Virus record (IMG/VR): IMGVR_UViG_3300011113_000415
Source: a virus
Lineage: Duplodnaviria; Caudoviricetes
Strand: one strand, 5' to 3'
DNA: 64,000 bases
The position numbers were made by a program, and so were the translations under genes. This document shows, piece after piece, positions 1 through 9,756 of this stretch (the stretch's first letter is position 1; each line of letters opens with the position of its first letter). The notes below the pieces were generated by a model, which was not told the origin of the DNA, searched no databases, and was given only the letters and a program-made list of their open reading frames with translations.

Positions 1-1
1 C

Positions 2-835
2 GGGCAAGAGCACCCGGACCGTGACGAAGCCTGGGGTGAGAACATGCGGGCCCAACTGGGCGAAGATCGTTTCAGCAGAGAGATTGGTTGTGAGTTCATT
101 ATCAATGACGAAACACTTATTGCGCCCACCAAACTTCTAGATCTAGAACCTAGAGATCCGTGGAAACGCACAGGACATGTGCGTTGGTATGAAGCCATCC
201 GGCCTGACTCAATCTATGTGGTGGCATTAGACCCTAGCCTAGGCACAGGTGGAGACCCTGCGGCCATACAAATCTTTGAAGCCAACACCACACGCCAAGT
301 GGGTGAGTGGACACACAATCGCACACCCATTCCGGAACAGATACGCATCCTGTCAGACATCTGCAAGCACATCAATGAAACTGTGCAAAATGACAAGAAC
401 ATCTACTACAGTATCGAAAACAACACCATTGGCGAAGCAGGACTAATTTCTATTGCAGAATTTGGCGAAGAAAACATACAGGGCTACTTTTTGACAGATC
501 CGCACATGTCGGGCAGTAATCGCCGTATGCGCAAAGGGTTTAATACTACGCACAAGAGCAAACTCAGTGCCTGTGCCAAAGTTAAAAATCTAATAGAAAC
601 CAACAGAATGACTGTGTACAGCGCGGCACTAATAAGCGAACTCAAAACCTTTGTGGCTTCAGGCTTGAGTTTTGCGGCCAAAATAGGTGAAACAGATGAT
701 CTAGTAATGGCCATGTTGTTGGCTGTGCGTATGATGCAGGTTCTGCAGAGTTTTTACACAGAACTAGACAGCCAAATGAAAGATCACACAGACAACGTGA
801 TAGAGCCAATGCCCTTTATATCAACTATGTATTGA
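2..835 (+). CDS. terL: Terminase large subunit, C-terminal nuclease part (5' truncated by window edge)
   Basis: Frame is open from base 2 (..EHPDRDEAW..). Motifs REIGCEF, VVALDPSLGTGGD, SIENNTIG and DDLVMA match the T4 gp17-type RNase H-like domain. Confidence 0.92.
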   Translation, partial: GQEHPDRDEAWGENMRAQLGEDRFSREIGCEFIINDETLIAPTKLLDLEPRDPWKRTGHVRWYEAIRPDSIYVVALDPSLGTGGDPAAIQIFEANTTRQVGEWTHNRTPIPEQIRILSDICKHINETVQNDKNIYYSIENNTIGEAGLISIAEFGEENIQGYFLTDPHMSGSNRRMRKGFNTTHKSKLSACAKVKNLIETNRMTVYSAALISELKTFVASGLSFAAKIGETDDLVMAMLLAVRMMQVLQSFYTELDSQMKDHTDNVIEPMPFISTMY

Positions 836-841
836 TAAATA
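836..841 (+). promoter_or_regulatory. T4-like late promoter core TAAATA
   Basis: ATAAATA lies 7 nt before the ATG at 849; the same motif recurs before many structural genes. Confidence 0.7.
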
Positions 842-848
842 TAACACT

Positions 849-3134
849 ATGGCAGCCAACACACCCGGACAACAACTAAACGATTTATTGGTCACTAGAA
901 ACTTTGCCCCTGAAGCCCTGAGCGCAAAAACAGGCAAACCGCCCTTGGATGATCAAGGCGCACCTGATCCTGAAGCAGCCGACATGTTCACATTTGACTG
1001 GGTAGCAGATTCAGGCAAAAACTACGGCACAGTTGTGTGCCTGTTGGGTGCTGACAACAACTTTGAAGTTTACTTTGGCGACAACCTAGGCCGTGGCATG
1101 GACACAGATGACAAGAACGATTGGTATCAATTCCTGGATCAACTGCGTAACTTTGCCAAGCGCAATCTCTTGAGATATGACCTACAGAATCTACGCAGAT
1201 TGAAATACACCATGGCTGGTATGGCCGCCATCAAAGAGGGCCTGTTTGAAGGCTACTATGGCAATCGCAAGGTCAGTTATGCTGGTGAGCCCACTGAAGC
1301 CAGACTCATGATCCGTCACAGTCGACCCTTGGACGAGAACGATGCACGTTTTCGTCACGTGGAAAGCCTGTTCATTGAAACCGCAGATGGTGAGCGTTTC
1401 AAACTGCCATTCCGTAAACTAGCCGGTGGTAGAGCCATGCTGGAACATGTACGTCACGGCGGCACACCCTATGATGCACGTGGACAGCACATCTCAGAAA
1501 TGGTAGAACAGATCAACGTATTAAGCCAGTTCCGCAGAGCACATCAAGGTCGAGTGTTTGAAGGTGCTGCCGGCGAACTGGTAGCAGAAACAACTCAATA
1601 CCTTGATCAATTGCGACACAACCTCAAAACTGTGGCCAACGATCGCGGTTACACTCAATACTTTGAATCCTGGAGCCCGGCCTCAGTGTCGGAATCCGAT
1701 CTCATAGTGGAAGACCTGCGTGATCTATTTGTGGAAACTAGAATAGATCCCAGAATAGAACAAGCATTGCCCATGTTGGCACGTATACAAAAGGAAGCAC
1801 AAGCCATGAAAGAAGCAGAAATATTTGAATCCTGGGCCACACGTATCGTAGAAGGTACTTGGGCACTACCAGAAACTCCTGAGCAACAGGATGAACTCAA
1901 GGCGTTGATGAGTCAACCCTTGCCAGTGGGTGCCGACGGCATGAATGCCACAGAACAACTGTATGGCTTGATTGGCGATGATGAGTTGTTTGACATCATT
2001 GGCGATATTGCTGCCACAGATCCTGATGCCAACTGCTGGGATGATCCGCGTGTGCAAGATCGCTTGGAACAACTGGGTGTGTACATGGTAAGCCCTGCAG
2101 AACCAGCGGCCGCCACTGAGACACCCCCTGTGACAGAAGGTGAAGTATACGACTTGGGCAAGGAATACGGTGCACCTGCACCAGGCCGGAAACCACTGCC
2201 ACGTGGGGGTAGTATCCCAAGACGCCACGAAGATGATCCTGACTTCATGGATCCAGACCAACGTCGTATACGTGCTGACCAAGAACGTGTTCGTAAAGCA
2301 CAAGATGAATACCATGCCAAAAAAGGTGTAACAGAAGGCTATCAGTTAGATGAAGGTGCTGTTGAAACTATTACAGCATTGGTTAAGAAGATTCCGGGCA
2401 TTGGTAAGTATTATCAATTGGCACAGCAATACAAACCACAATTGATTCAGATTCTAAAGACCAGTAAGTCAGGTAAAGAAGTGAAACAAAAGATGGAACA
2501 ACTGGTTGCACAACAACCTGCTCCTGTTGCTGAATCAGGTCTACTCAAACAACTTGGCGGTTTGGCTGTAGGCGGCGGAAGTATTTTATCTACAATGTGG
2601 ATGAATGCCATGGGCATGATTGATGGTGTATTAGCACATGCCACAGCGGGCGAAATAGGCGGTGCAGTGGCGTCCGGTTCTATATTAGGTCTTATACCAG
2701 TAACACTAATGTTATTTGCGGCAATGTTGCTATTCAAAGGATCAAAACAAAGTAGTGATGAAAAGGCACAAGCAGTTCAAGCACAGCGTGGACAGCAAGG
2801 CATGGCAGAAGGCCACCAAGCCCCGGCACCGGGATGGTATGTTACTCACGAACTGAGATCTGGCGATCCAGATATTGTCAAAGGCCCTTTTGCAAGCCAA
2901 CAACAAGCACAAATATGGATGAATGGTAACATTCCAGATGCAGATGATCCCAGCGAGCGGTATGAAATAACACAGATGTTTGAAGGCGACAACTTGGCCA
3001 CATTTGAAGGTTCAGGTTGCAACATGACTGCAGAAGGCGAATACTGCCCAGAACACGGCCTGGCCGAGTGCGGCAACTACGGCATGTACGAATCGGAATT
3101 GGCAAGAATAAAATCATTGGCTTTGGTGCGTTAA
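849..3134 (+). CDS. Large virion (internal head) protein / modular polyprotein
   Basis: 761 aa after terL with a late promoter. Many hydrophobic-x-E|G/S motifs, a C-terminal Cys/His cluster (CNMTAEGEYCPEHGLAEC) and an ESELARIKSL tail. Confidence 0.6.
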   Translation: MAANTPGQQLNDLLVTRNFAPEALSAKTGKPPLDDQGAPDPEAADMFTFDWVADSGKNYGTVVCLLGADNNFEVYFGDNLGRGMDTDDKNDWYQFLDQLRNFAKRNLLRYDLQNLRRLKYTMAGMAAIKEGLFEGYYGNRKVSYAGEPTEARLMIRHSRPLDENDARFRHVESLFIETADGERFKLPFRKLAGGRAMLEHVRHGGTPYDARGQHISEMVEQINVLSQFRRAHQGRVFEGAAGELVAETTQYLDQLRHNLKTVANDRGYTQYFESWSPASVSESDLIVEDLRDLFVETRIDPRIEQALPMLARIQKEAQAMKEAEIFESWATRIVEGTWALPETPEQQDELKALMSQPLPVGADGMNATEQLYGLIGDDELFDIIGDIAATDPDANCWDDPRVQDRLEQLGVYMVSPAEPAAATETPPVTEGEVYDLGKEYGAPAPGRKPLPRGGSIPRRHEDDPDFMDPDQRRIRADQERVRKAQDEYHAKKGVTEGYQLDEGAVETITALVKKIPGIGKYYQLAQQYKPQLIQILKTSKSGKEVKQKMEQLVAQQPAPVAESGLLKQLGGLAVGGGSILSTMWMNAMGMIDGVLAHATAGEIGGAVASGSILGLIPVTLMLFAAMLLFKGSKQSSDEKAQAVQAQRGQQGMAEGHQAPAPGWYVTHELRSGDPDIVKGPFASQQQAQIWMNGNIPDADDPSERYEITQMFEGDNLATFEGSGCNMTAEGEYCPEHGLAECGNYGMYESELARIKSLALVR

Positions 3135-3144
3135 TAAGTATGGC

Positions 3145-3987
3145 GTGAACATTGATCGCATTGTTTTAACCACCTTTCCGGGATACTATTTTTCACAAAT
3201 ATTCTGTTTGCGTAGCATACAACAGTATGCCAGTGGATATCCTATTGATATTATTATAGATGACTTTGAAATTGATTATTGGCCATCTTATGTGCAGGAC
3301 TGTCAACAATTCATACAAACAAACTTTCCCAACTTAGACATTGTGTTTCATAGATTCAGCGACTTTGCTGGCATGCAACGTGTACAAACTGGTGGCTGGT
3401 TTAGACAACAATTGGTCAAACTGCATTTGAACAATTTTGTGCAAGGCCACAATTGGTTGGTGGTTGATGCAGATGTTGAATTTTTGGGACCGCCATGCCT
3501 AGACAAAATAAGAGCCACAGCAAGGCCTCAGTCGGATCCTATAGATATAGGTAATCGGTTGTATGTGCAACACATGCTGGATTGCAATAAACCTTGGGTA
3601 GTGGATGAACAGCAATTTTGGTGCGCAAGTATAGTGCCGTTTAGACACATTGAGAGAGACCTGTTGCAACAACTTCAACACAGAGTAGAAAGTGTACATC
3701 AACAGTCATTGTTTGAATTGCACTTGAGTTTGTTTGAATCTAATCAACTGGTTGCATACGACCCCCAAAGTCAAACCATGATCATGAGTGAATTTCAACT
3801 GATTGAGGTTTTTAGGCACAGATACTATCATACCCCATTGCCTATTGGTCAATTGCATGTGGGCAATTTCCACCACAGTTCAATCAAAGATTGGAAATTT
3901 GATCGAGATTATTTTGAACAACGCAATGTGGTGGTAAGCGATCAAGAGTGGGAATTGATTCAACTGTTTGGAAAACATCGTGCCTAG
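3145..3987 (+). CDS. GT-A-like glycosyltransferase (DUF6492-like)
   Basis: GWFRQQLVKL motif and DxD motif (LVVDADV); GTG start preceded by TAAGTA. Confidence 0.5.
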   Translation: MNIDRIVLTTFPGYYFSQIFCLRSIQQYASGYPIDIIIDDFEIDYWPSYVQDCQQFIQTNFPNLDIVFHRFSDFAGMQRVQTGGWFRQQLVKLHLNNFVQGHNWLVVDADVEFLGPPCLDKIRATARPQSDPIDIGNRLYVQHMLDCNKPWVVDEQQFWCASIVPFRHIERDLLQQLQHRVESVHQQSLFELHLSLFESNQLVAYDPQSQTMIMSEFQLIEVFRHRYYHTPLPIGQLHVGNFHHSSIKDWKFDRDYFEQRNVVVSDQEWELIQLFGKHRA

Positions 3988-4744
3988 ACTTTTTACTTTT
4001 GGATGCAGTTTCACACAATACTGGCGTTGGCCAACCTGGGCAGATGCACTGGGACAGCAGTTTAATCATTATCAAAATTGGGGCCTGTGTGGCGGCGGAA
4101 ACAGTTACATCCTATGGAGTTTGATAGAGTGCAACCAGCGAAATAAATTAAATCAAAATGATCAAATCTGGATCATGTGGACCAATACCAGTAGAGAAGA
4201 TCGTTATGTAGGTCGTAAATGGGTTGAAGGTGGCAATGTGTATTGGACAGCAGGCAGTCAATTGCCTGCTGAATACGTTAAAAATTTTGCATGCGAACGT
4301 GGATACCTCATAAGAGATATGGCCAACATTGCTGCCGCCAAACAACTGTTGGATCATTGGGGGTGTCAATATCACTTTCTAAGCATGGTTCCGCTGTCAC
4401 AAACCAATGAAGCAACAGGCTTGGGCTATAATCCCAATGATTCACGTGGAAGCGATCAAGATGTCAAAAGTCTTTACGGTGATATACTAAGCATGATTAA
4501 ACCCAGCGTGTTACAGATTGTTTTCAACGGCGAATGGTGGACTCGCCCTGGAGGTATACCACTCAGCCCCACCGACACAAAAAGAGATTTGCACCCAACT
4601 CCGCTAGAGCATGTGGAGTACATGGACCACGTTGTTCCAGGTTTGCTTTCGACTCAGGCAAAACAATACATGTCTGATTGGCAACAAACAATAATCAACG
4701 GATCAGGAAAATGGACCGAGCCCAATCGGCCTCAGAGGCTATAA
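3968..4744 (+). CDS. SGNH/GDSL-like hydrolase or acyltransferase
   Basis: FGCSFT block I, NWGLCGGGN block II and C-terminal DLHP block V. Start may be GTG at 3980. Confidence 0.6.
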   Translation: MENIVPRLFTFGCSFTQYWRWPTWADALGQQFNHYQNWGLCGGGNSYILWSLIECNQRNKLNQNDQIWIMWTNTSREDRYVGRKWVEGGNVYWTAGSQLPAEYVKNFACERGYLIRDMANIAAAKQLLDHWGCQYHFLSMVPLSQTNEATGLGYNPNDSRGSDQDVKSLYGDILSMIKPSVLQIVFNGEWWTRPGGIPLSPTDTKRDLHPTPLEHVEYMDHVVPGLLSTQAKQYMSDWQQTIINGSGKWTEPNRPQRL

Positions 4745-5382
4745 TGCATTTTGTGACTTCGGGACACAATAAATATCGTGTGCAGTACGACAGTTGGATG
4801 GACGGCGGTGGCACTTGGTTCGGACAAGAGTATGTGCATGTGATAGCCAAACTCTATCCCGATCGACAGTTTGAACGTTGTTACGAATGGTGTTCCGGGC
4901 CAGGCTTTATTGGCTTCAACATATTGGATCATGGCCTGTGTTCTAGTTTGTGCATGAGTGACATATATGGCCCTGCCATTGATCGAGTGAATGAAACAAT
5001 CAAAATGCACAAATTGACCAATGTTGCCGCCTACGCCACTGACGCGGTGTCAGACCTACCCCAGCATGAAAAATTTGATTTAGTTGTCAGCAACCCGCCA
5101 CATTTTTTGACATGCCCGGGGGATGACAACTACCAACGTATTGCAGTGGATCAAAATTGGACTGCTCACCGAGAATTTTTTGCTAACATTGGTCAATATC
5201 TTATGCCCGACGCAGTGATTCTTTTGCAAGAAAATCAAGCCGGGTCTTTGAAAAGAGAACAAGAGTTCGAAGGCTTGATTGATGCTGGCGGACTCGAAAT
5301 CACAGACGTATTCAACAGTCCAAATCACTACATTGCGGAACACCACACCCAGATTTACTATATCAAAATTAGGCAAAAATAA
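4744..5382 (+). CDS. Class I SAM-dependent N-methyltransferase (PrmC/HemK-like)
   Basis: EWCSGPG motif I and FDLVVSNPPH motif IV; ATG overlaps the previous stop (TAATG). Confidence 0.75.
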   Translation: MHFVTSGHNKYRVQYDSWMDGGGTWFGQEYVHVIAKLYPDRQFERCYEWCSGPGFIGFNILDHGLCSSLCMSDIYGPAIDRVNETIKMHKLTNVAAYATDAVSDLPQHEKFDLVVSNPPHFLTCPGDDNYQRIAVDQNWTAHREFFANIGQYLMPDAVILLQENQAGSLKREQEFEGLIDAGGLEITDVFNSPNHYIAEHHTQIYYIKIRQK

Positions 5383-5396
5383 ATTTGTCTTTTGTG

Positions 5397-5426
5397 TTGA
5401 CTATGCTAAATACATTCGCGTACAAT
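5397..5426 (+). promoter_or_regulatory. sigma70-type promoter with nested late promoter, upstream of gp32
   Basis: TTGACT-18 nt-TACAAT with TAAATA (5407-5412) inside the spacer. Confidence 0.6.
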
Positions 5427-5504
5427 GTACATTGTATGCACAGGCAACATCTAAAATCTAGATAAACAGGCATATAACATAGGCAACTTAAAGGAGAAAC
5501 AACT

Positions 5505-6494
5505 ATGGCATCACTAGCAGAAATTCGAGCAAGACTACAGGCAGCAGAATCAAAACAAGGTGGGCAATCCACCGGTGGGGACAATTCAATTTACCCACAT
5601 TGGAACATGGAAGAAGGCCAATCGGCTACAGTACGCTTCCTCCCAGATGGTAACTCAAAAAACACTTTCTTTTGGCAAGAACGAGCCATGATTCGTTTGC
5701 CATTCAATGGCATCAAAGGAGAGATGGAATCCAAACAAGTCATGGTACAAGTACCTTGCGTAGAAATGTGGGGTGAGGCCTGTCCCATCCTAGCAGAAGT
5801 ACGCACCTGGTTCAAGGACAAGAGTCTTGAAGACATGGGTCGTAAGTACTGGAAGAAACGTTCATACATCTTCCAAGGTTTTGTGAGAGAGAATCCTCTC
5901 GCAGATGACAAAACACCAGAGAATCCCATTCGCAGATTCATCATTGGACCTCAAATCTTTACCACTATCAAGGGTGCGTTGATGGATCCTGAACTGGAAG
6001 AATTACCAACAGACTATGTGCGTGGCTTGGACTTCCGCATCTCAAAAGGTGCCAAAGGCGGCTTTGCTGACTACAATGGATCAAAGTGGGCACGTAAAGA
6101 GTCAGCATTGACCGAAGCAGAACAAGCCGCAGTTGATGCACATGGTTTGTTTGACTTGAGCACATTCTTGCCCAAGAAACCAACCGATGTCGAACTCAAG
6201 GTTATCAAAGAAATGTTTGAAGCAAGTGTAGACGGACAACCATACGACACTGAGCGTTGGGGTCAATACTTCCGTCCTGCTGGTGTGCAAGCACCCGGTG
6301 GCAGTTCTGCGGCGGCACCTGCGGCCGACGATGACACACCTGCTCCTGCAGTCAAGGCAACAGCCAAACCAGCACCATCCAGTTTTGATGACGAAGATGA
6401 CACACCAGTGGCTTCTGCTCCTGTCACAAAACCTGCTGGTGGTCAAAAGGCCGAAGACATTTTGGCCATGATTCGCGCTAGACAAGCCAAGTAA
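5505..6494 (+). CDS. gp32: Single-stranded DNA-binding protein, T4 gp32 family
   Basis: VRFLP, YWKKRSY and DFRISK-type motifs, acidic/Ala-Pro-rich C-terminal tail, AAGGAG RBS. Confidence 0.9.
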   Translation: MASLAEIRARLQAAESKQGGQSTGGDNSIYPHWNMEEGQSATVRFLPDGNSKNTFFWQERAMIRLPFNGIKGEMESKQVMVQVPCVEMWGEACPILAEVRTWFKDKSLEDMGRKYWKKRSYIFQGFVRENPLADDKTPENPIRRFIIGPQIFTTIKGALMDPELEELPTDYVRGLDFRISKGAKGGFADYNGSKWARKESALTEAEQAAVDAHGLFDLSTFLPKKPTDVELKVIKEMFEASVDGQPYDTERWGQYFRPAGVQAPGGSSAAAPAADDDTPAPAVKATAKPAPSSFDDEDDTPVASAPVTKPAGGQKAEDILAMIRARQAK

Positions 6495-7120
6495 TGCGAA
6501 CTGCTCTGGACACAGAGTTGTTTCCAGATCTTTGTGAAGTGGTAGAAATACCACTTCACAGTCAATGGGTTTATCTAATTCAGAAAAACGGAAACAGCAG
6601 TTTGAGGCGTCAGCAAGCAAGAGACAATCTTAATGTGTTTGCCAATGACCAGATTCGAGCACTTGACTATGTGGATGTTTACATACGCAACCCTCGAGCC
6701 AGATACGTCAGTGGAGTTAACACATACCTGCAACATCTTCAACGCGATCACCCTGAATTAGACTTTTCTACAGCCTTTTGGTTTGCCAAACGCTATAAAT
6801 TTCTCAACACTCATTACCTACCACAATTTCATTGGTTGGCCAATCTCTCTCGGTACATGCATAGTGATGCAAAAATACGATTGAGAAATTTCAAAGACTT
6901 TGCTAAAATTGCAGATTACCATGATCGAGCCATGGTTTTGGACCCAACAAGTGAATTTGTTAATAGTTTGTTGAAAGACAATAACCACCTAGAGTTATGG
7001 CTGTTTTTGGATCAAATACTTTTAGATTTGGCAGGTCAAGAATTCTCATGGTCACAGTTGTTAGAGTATTACAAATGCAATCATATGAATATTATACAAA
7101 ATGTATTGCCCAAGACTTGA
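6494..7120 (+). CDS. Sulfotransferase family protein
   Basis: 5'-PAPS-binding-like IQKNGNSSL, 3'-phosphate-binding IRNPRARYVSG and a HYLPQ motif typical of the Sulfotransfer_2 type. Confidence 0.6.
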   Translation: MRTALDTELFPDLCEVVEIPLHSQWVYLIQKNGNSSLRRQQARDNLNVFANDQIRALDYVDVYIRNPRARYVSGVNTYLQHLQRDHPELDFSTAFWFAKRYKFLNTHYLPQFHWLANLSRYMHSDAKIRLRNFKDFAKIADYHDRAMVLDPTSEFVNSLLKDNNHLELWLFLDQILLDLAGQEFSWSQLLEYYKCNHMNIIQNVLPKT

Positions 7121-8066
7121 TCACTTTGTGAGATTCAATCCCAATGGCACCCTGAGTCGTTGTGGACACATGATCAATGCTCCACAGTTTGATAGTCTGG
7201 AGCAAATGGAATCAAGTGAATGGTTGGCCAGTATCAAAAGCATGCCCAACACATGGCCCAAAGAGTGTGTGAGATGTCAACAAACCGAACAAGTCAACAA
7301 TACAAGTATAAGACTAAATGCCATTGAATTTGACAAAGGACAAACTAGGACCGACTATCTCATAGTTGGCGGAGTGTTAGACAACATTTGTAACAGTGCT
7401 TGCCAATCCTGCAATCAAAATTTAAGCACAAAAATAGGTAGTTTGATATCGCGAGATTATCCTATTGTAGATAACTCTAATGCTTTTTGGCAATTGCCGT
7501 TGGATCGTGTGGTGCATTTGGACATCAACGGCGGCGAACCCAGTGCCAGCAAGAATTATCGCAATATACTGAAAAATATTCCGCCATCGGTGACCAGTGT
7601 CAGAATCAATACCAATTGTTCCACAGTAATAACAGAAATAGAGCATCTGCTAGATCGTGGTATACATGTGACTGTAACTGTGAGTTTGGATGGCATTGGT
7701 TTGATACATGACTATATACGCTGGCCTATAAAATGGCAAAATTTTGAACGCAATCTCTTGACCTATAAATCAATGAACATAACAGAATTAAATACATGGA
7801 CCACTGTGAGTGCATTGAATATTGGAGACTTAAAAAATATTTTTGCATACACTAGAGATCAAGGTATCAATCACTCGTGGGCATTGTTAGAACAACCTGA
7901 TGTGTTGAATGTAAAATACAACAATCATTTTACAAGAACGGCAGATGTACCAGATCGATTGAAATCTATAGTGGGTAACAATAAAGACAACACAGTAGAA
8001 CTACAGTTGTGGACCTATCAACAAGATCAGTTACGAGGAATTAAACTTTGGGATTATTATCGATGA
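7101..8066 (+). CDS. Radical SAM protein with N-terminal Cys-rich (twitch-like) domain
   Basis: CNSACQSC (CX3CX2C), GGEP, NTN, SLDG; N-terminal YCP and ECVRC. Confidence 0.8.
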   Translation: MYCPRLDHFVRFNPNGTLSRCGHMINAPQFDSLEQMESSEWLASIKSMPNTWPKECVRCQQTEQVNNTSIRLNAIEFDKGQTRTDYLIVGGVLDNICNSACQSCNQNLSTKIGSLISRDYPIVDNSNAFWQLPLDRVVHLDINGGEPSASKNYRNILKNIPPSVTSVRINTNCSTVITEIEHLLDRGIHVTVTVSLDGIGLIHDYIRWPIKWQNFERNLLTYKSMNITELNTWTTVSALNIGDLKNIFAYTRDQGINHSWALLEQPDVLNVKYNNHFTRTADVPDRLKSIVGNNKDNTVELQLWTYQQDQLRGIKLWDYYR

Positions 8067-8608
8067 AAATAGCAATCACAGGTGGCACTGCTGGAATAGG
8101 ACAGGCACTAGGCAATGAGTATGAAAGTCGTGGACACGAGGTTCTAAGATTGAGTAGAAGAACCGGGCACAACATACGTGTTTTGCCTAAGATTGCTGAT
8201 GTCATAGAACCCTGTGACGTATTTGTGAATAATGCTCAAGTTGGTTATGCTCAAACTGAACTACTGTTTGAAATGGCCAAACGGTGGTCAGGTACCAATA
8301 AACACATTTTGGTCATAAGCACCATGATGACTCGGGATCCCACGAGTGTGTTGCCTGGACTTGACATGACAGCCTATCGTGTGCAAAAACTTGCACTTGA
8401 GGAAGCAGTAAAGCAAATAAGACATCAGCGGCTGGGAGTCAAAATTTCCCTTGTGCGACCAGGCAACGTGGCAACCAGTGCAGACAAAACCGTGCCACCA
8501 GCGGCCGATGTCAGCATCTGGGCGTCAGTATTGATTAAAATACTGGAAATGGCCAACGCAAACAATTTGATTATTCCGGACATATCACTAGGACCAGCAT
8601 ATAAATGA
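8063..8608 (+). CDS. Short-chain dehydrogenase/reductase
   Basis: ITGGTAGIG Rossmann motif, FVNNA and YxxxK (YRVQK). Confidence 0.8.
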   Translation: MKIAITGGTAGIGQALGNEYESRGHEVLRLSRRTGHNIRVLPKIADVIEPCDVFVNNAQVGYAQTELLFEMAKRWSGTNKHILVISTMMTRDPTSVLPGLDMTAYRVQKLALEEAVKQIRHQRLGVKISLVRPGNVATSADKTVPPAADVSIWASVLIKILEMANANNLIIPDISLGPAYK

Positions 8609-9756
8609 CTCCACGTGATATGTTGACCAATCCATATTTCTGTCCCATGCCCTGGACAGGCATGATGTATAATTTTGACGGTAAAGTTAAAAATTGTATT
8701 CGCAGTACTGGACCGCTTGGCAATATCAAAGATCAACCTATTGGTCAAATTCTAGTTGATAACAATCGTGAAAGACAGCAAGAAATTGTTGATCAAATGC
8801 CAGTAAAAACTTGCTATACCTGTTACGACCTAGACCGTGGCAAAAAAGGATTTGATCATATCAGTGACCGCGTGTTTTACATACGAGAATTGAAAAGCAC
8901 ACCAATTGACACTTATCAAATTGGTCGCTTTGATTTACAAACAGTTGATGTGCGTTGGACCAACCTTTGCAATTTTGCATGCGTATATTGCGGTCCTGAA
9001 TTTAGTAGTCGATGGAGCGAAGAACTCAAAATCCAGCATGACATACCCAATCAACATCAGTTAACGGATTTTAAAAATTACATTTACGAACATGCGTCTC
9101 AACTCAAGCATGTGTACCTGGCCGGCGGTGAGCCGTTGTTGATGAAAGAAAATCTAACACTCTTGGAAAAATTGCGCCCTGACACCAATATTAGAATCAA
9201 CACCAACCTAAGCAAAGTCGATACCAGGGTGTTTGAGGCCATATGTAAATTTTCAAATGTGCATTGGACCGTCAGCGTTGAAACGCAAGCACAAGAATTT
9301 GAGTATGTACGACATGGCGGTAAGTGGACAGATTTTTTGGATAACCTAACCATTATCAAGCAGTTGGGTCACAAAATTTCTTTCAACATGTTGCATTTTT
9401 TATTAAACTACAACTCTATATTTGACTGTGTTGATTTTTTGAAATCTTTAGGATTTCACAACAACAGTTTTGTGATTGGAGCATTGTTGAATCCTGAATA
9501 CCTAAATATTAGACACTTACCAGAAAGTGTGCTAAACTCTGTAAAGAACAAGTTACAAGATAGGATCAGCCAAAAACCAGGTTATCTTCTTGAAGACAGT
9601 TATCAAAATTTGCTACACTATATTGATACTCCATTTGGAAAAAATATTCAACAGTCCATTGATCGGTTATCAGAATTGGATCGACGTAGGGGCGTAGATA
9701 GCAAGACAATTTTTAAAGATTTATATAAGGACATAAACTATGGCAAAACCATTTGA
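8605..9756 (+). CDS. Radical SAM protein with N-terminal twitch-like domain
   Basis: FCPMPW, TCYTC, CNFACVYC, AGGEP, INTN. Confidence 0.85.
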   Translation: MTPRDMLTNPYFCPMPWTGMMYNFDGKVKNCIRSTGPLGNIKDQPIGQILVDNNRERQQEIVDQMPVKTCYTCYDLDRGKKGFDHISDRVFYIRELKSTPIDTYQIGRFDLQTVDVRWTNLCNFACVYCGPEFSSRWSEELKIQHDIPNQHQLTDFKNYIYEHASQLKHVYLAGGEPLLMKENLTLLEKLRPDTNIRINTNLSKVDTRVFEAICKFSNVHWTVSVETQAQEFEYVRHGGKWTDFLDNLTIIKQLGHKISFNMLHFLLNYNSIFDCVDFLKSLGFHNNSFVIGALLNPEYLNIRHLPESVLNSVKNKLQDRISQKPGYLLEDSYQNLLHYIDTPFGKNIQQSIDRLSELDRRRGVDSKTIFKDLYKDINYGKTI

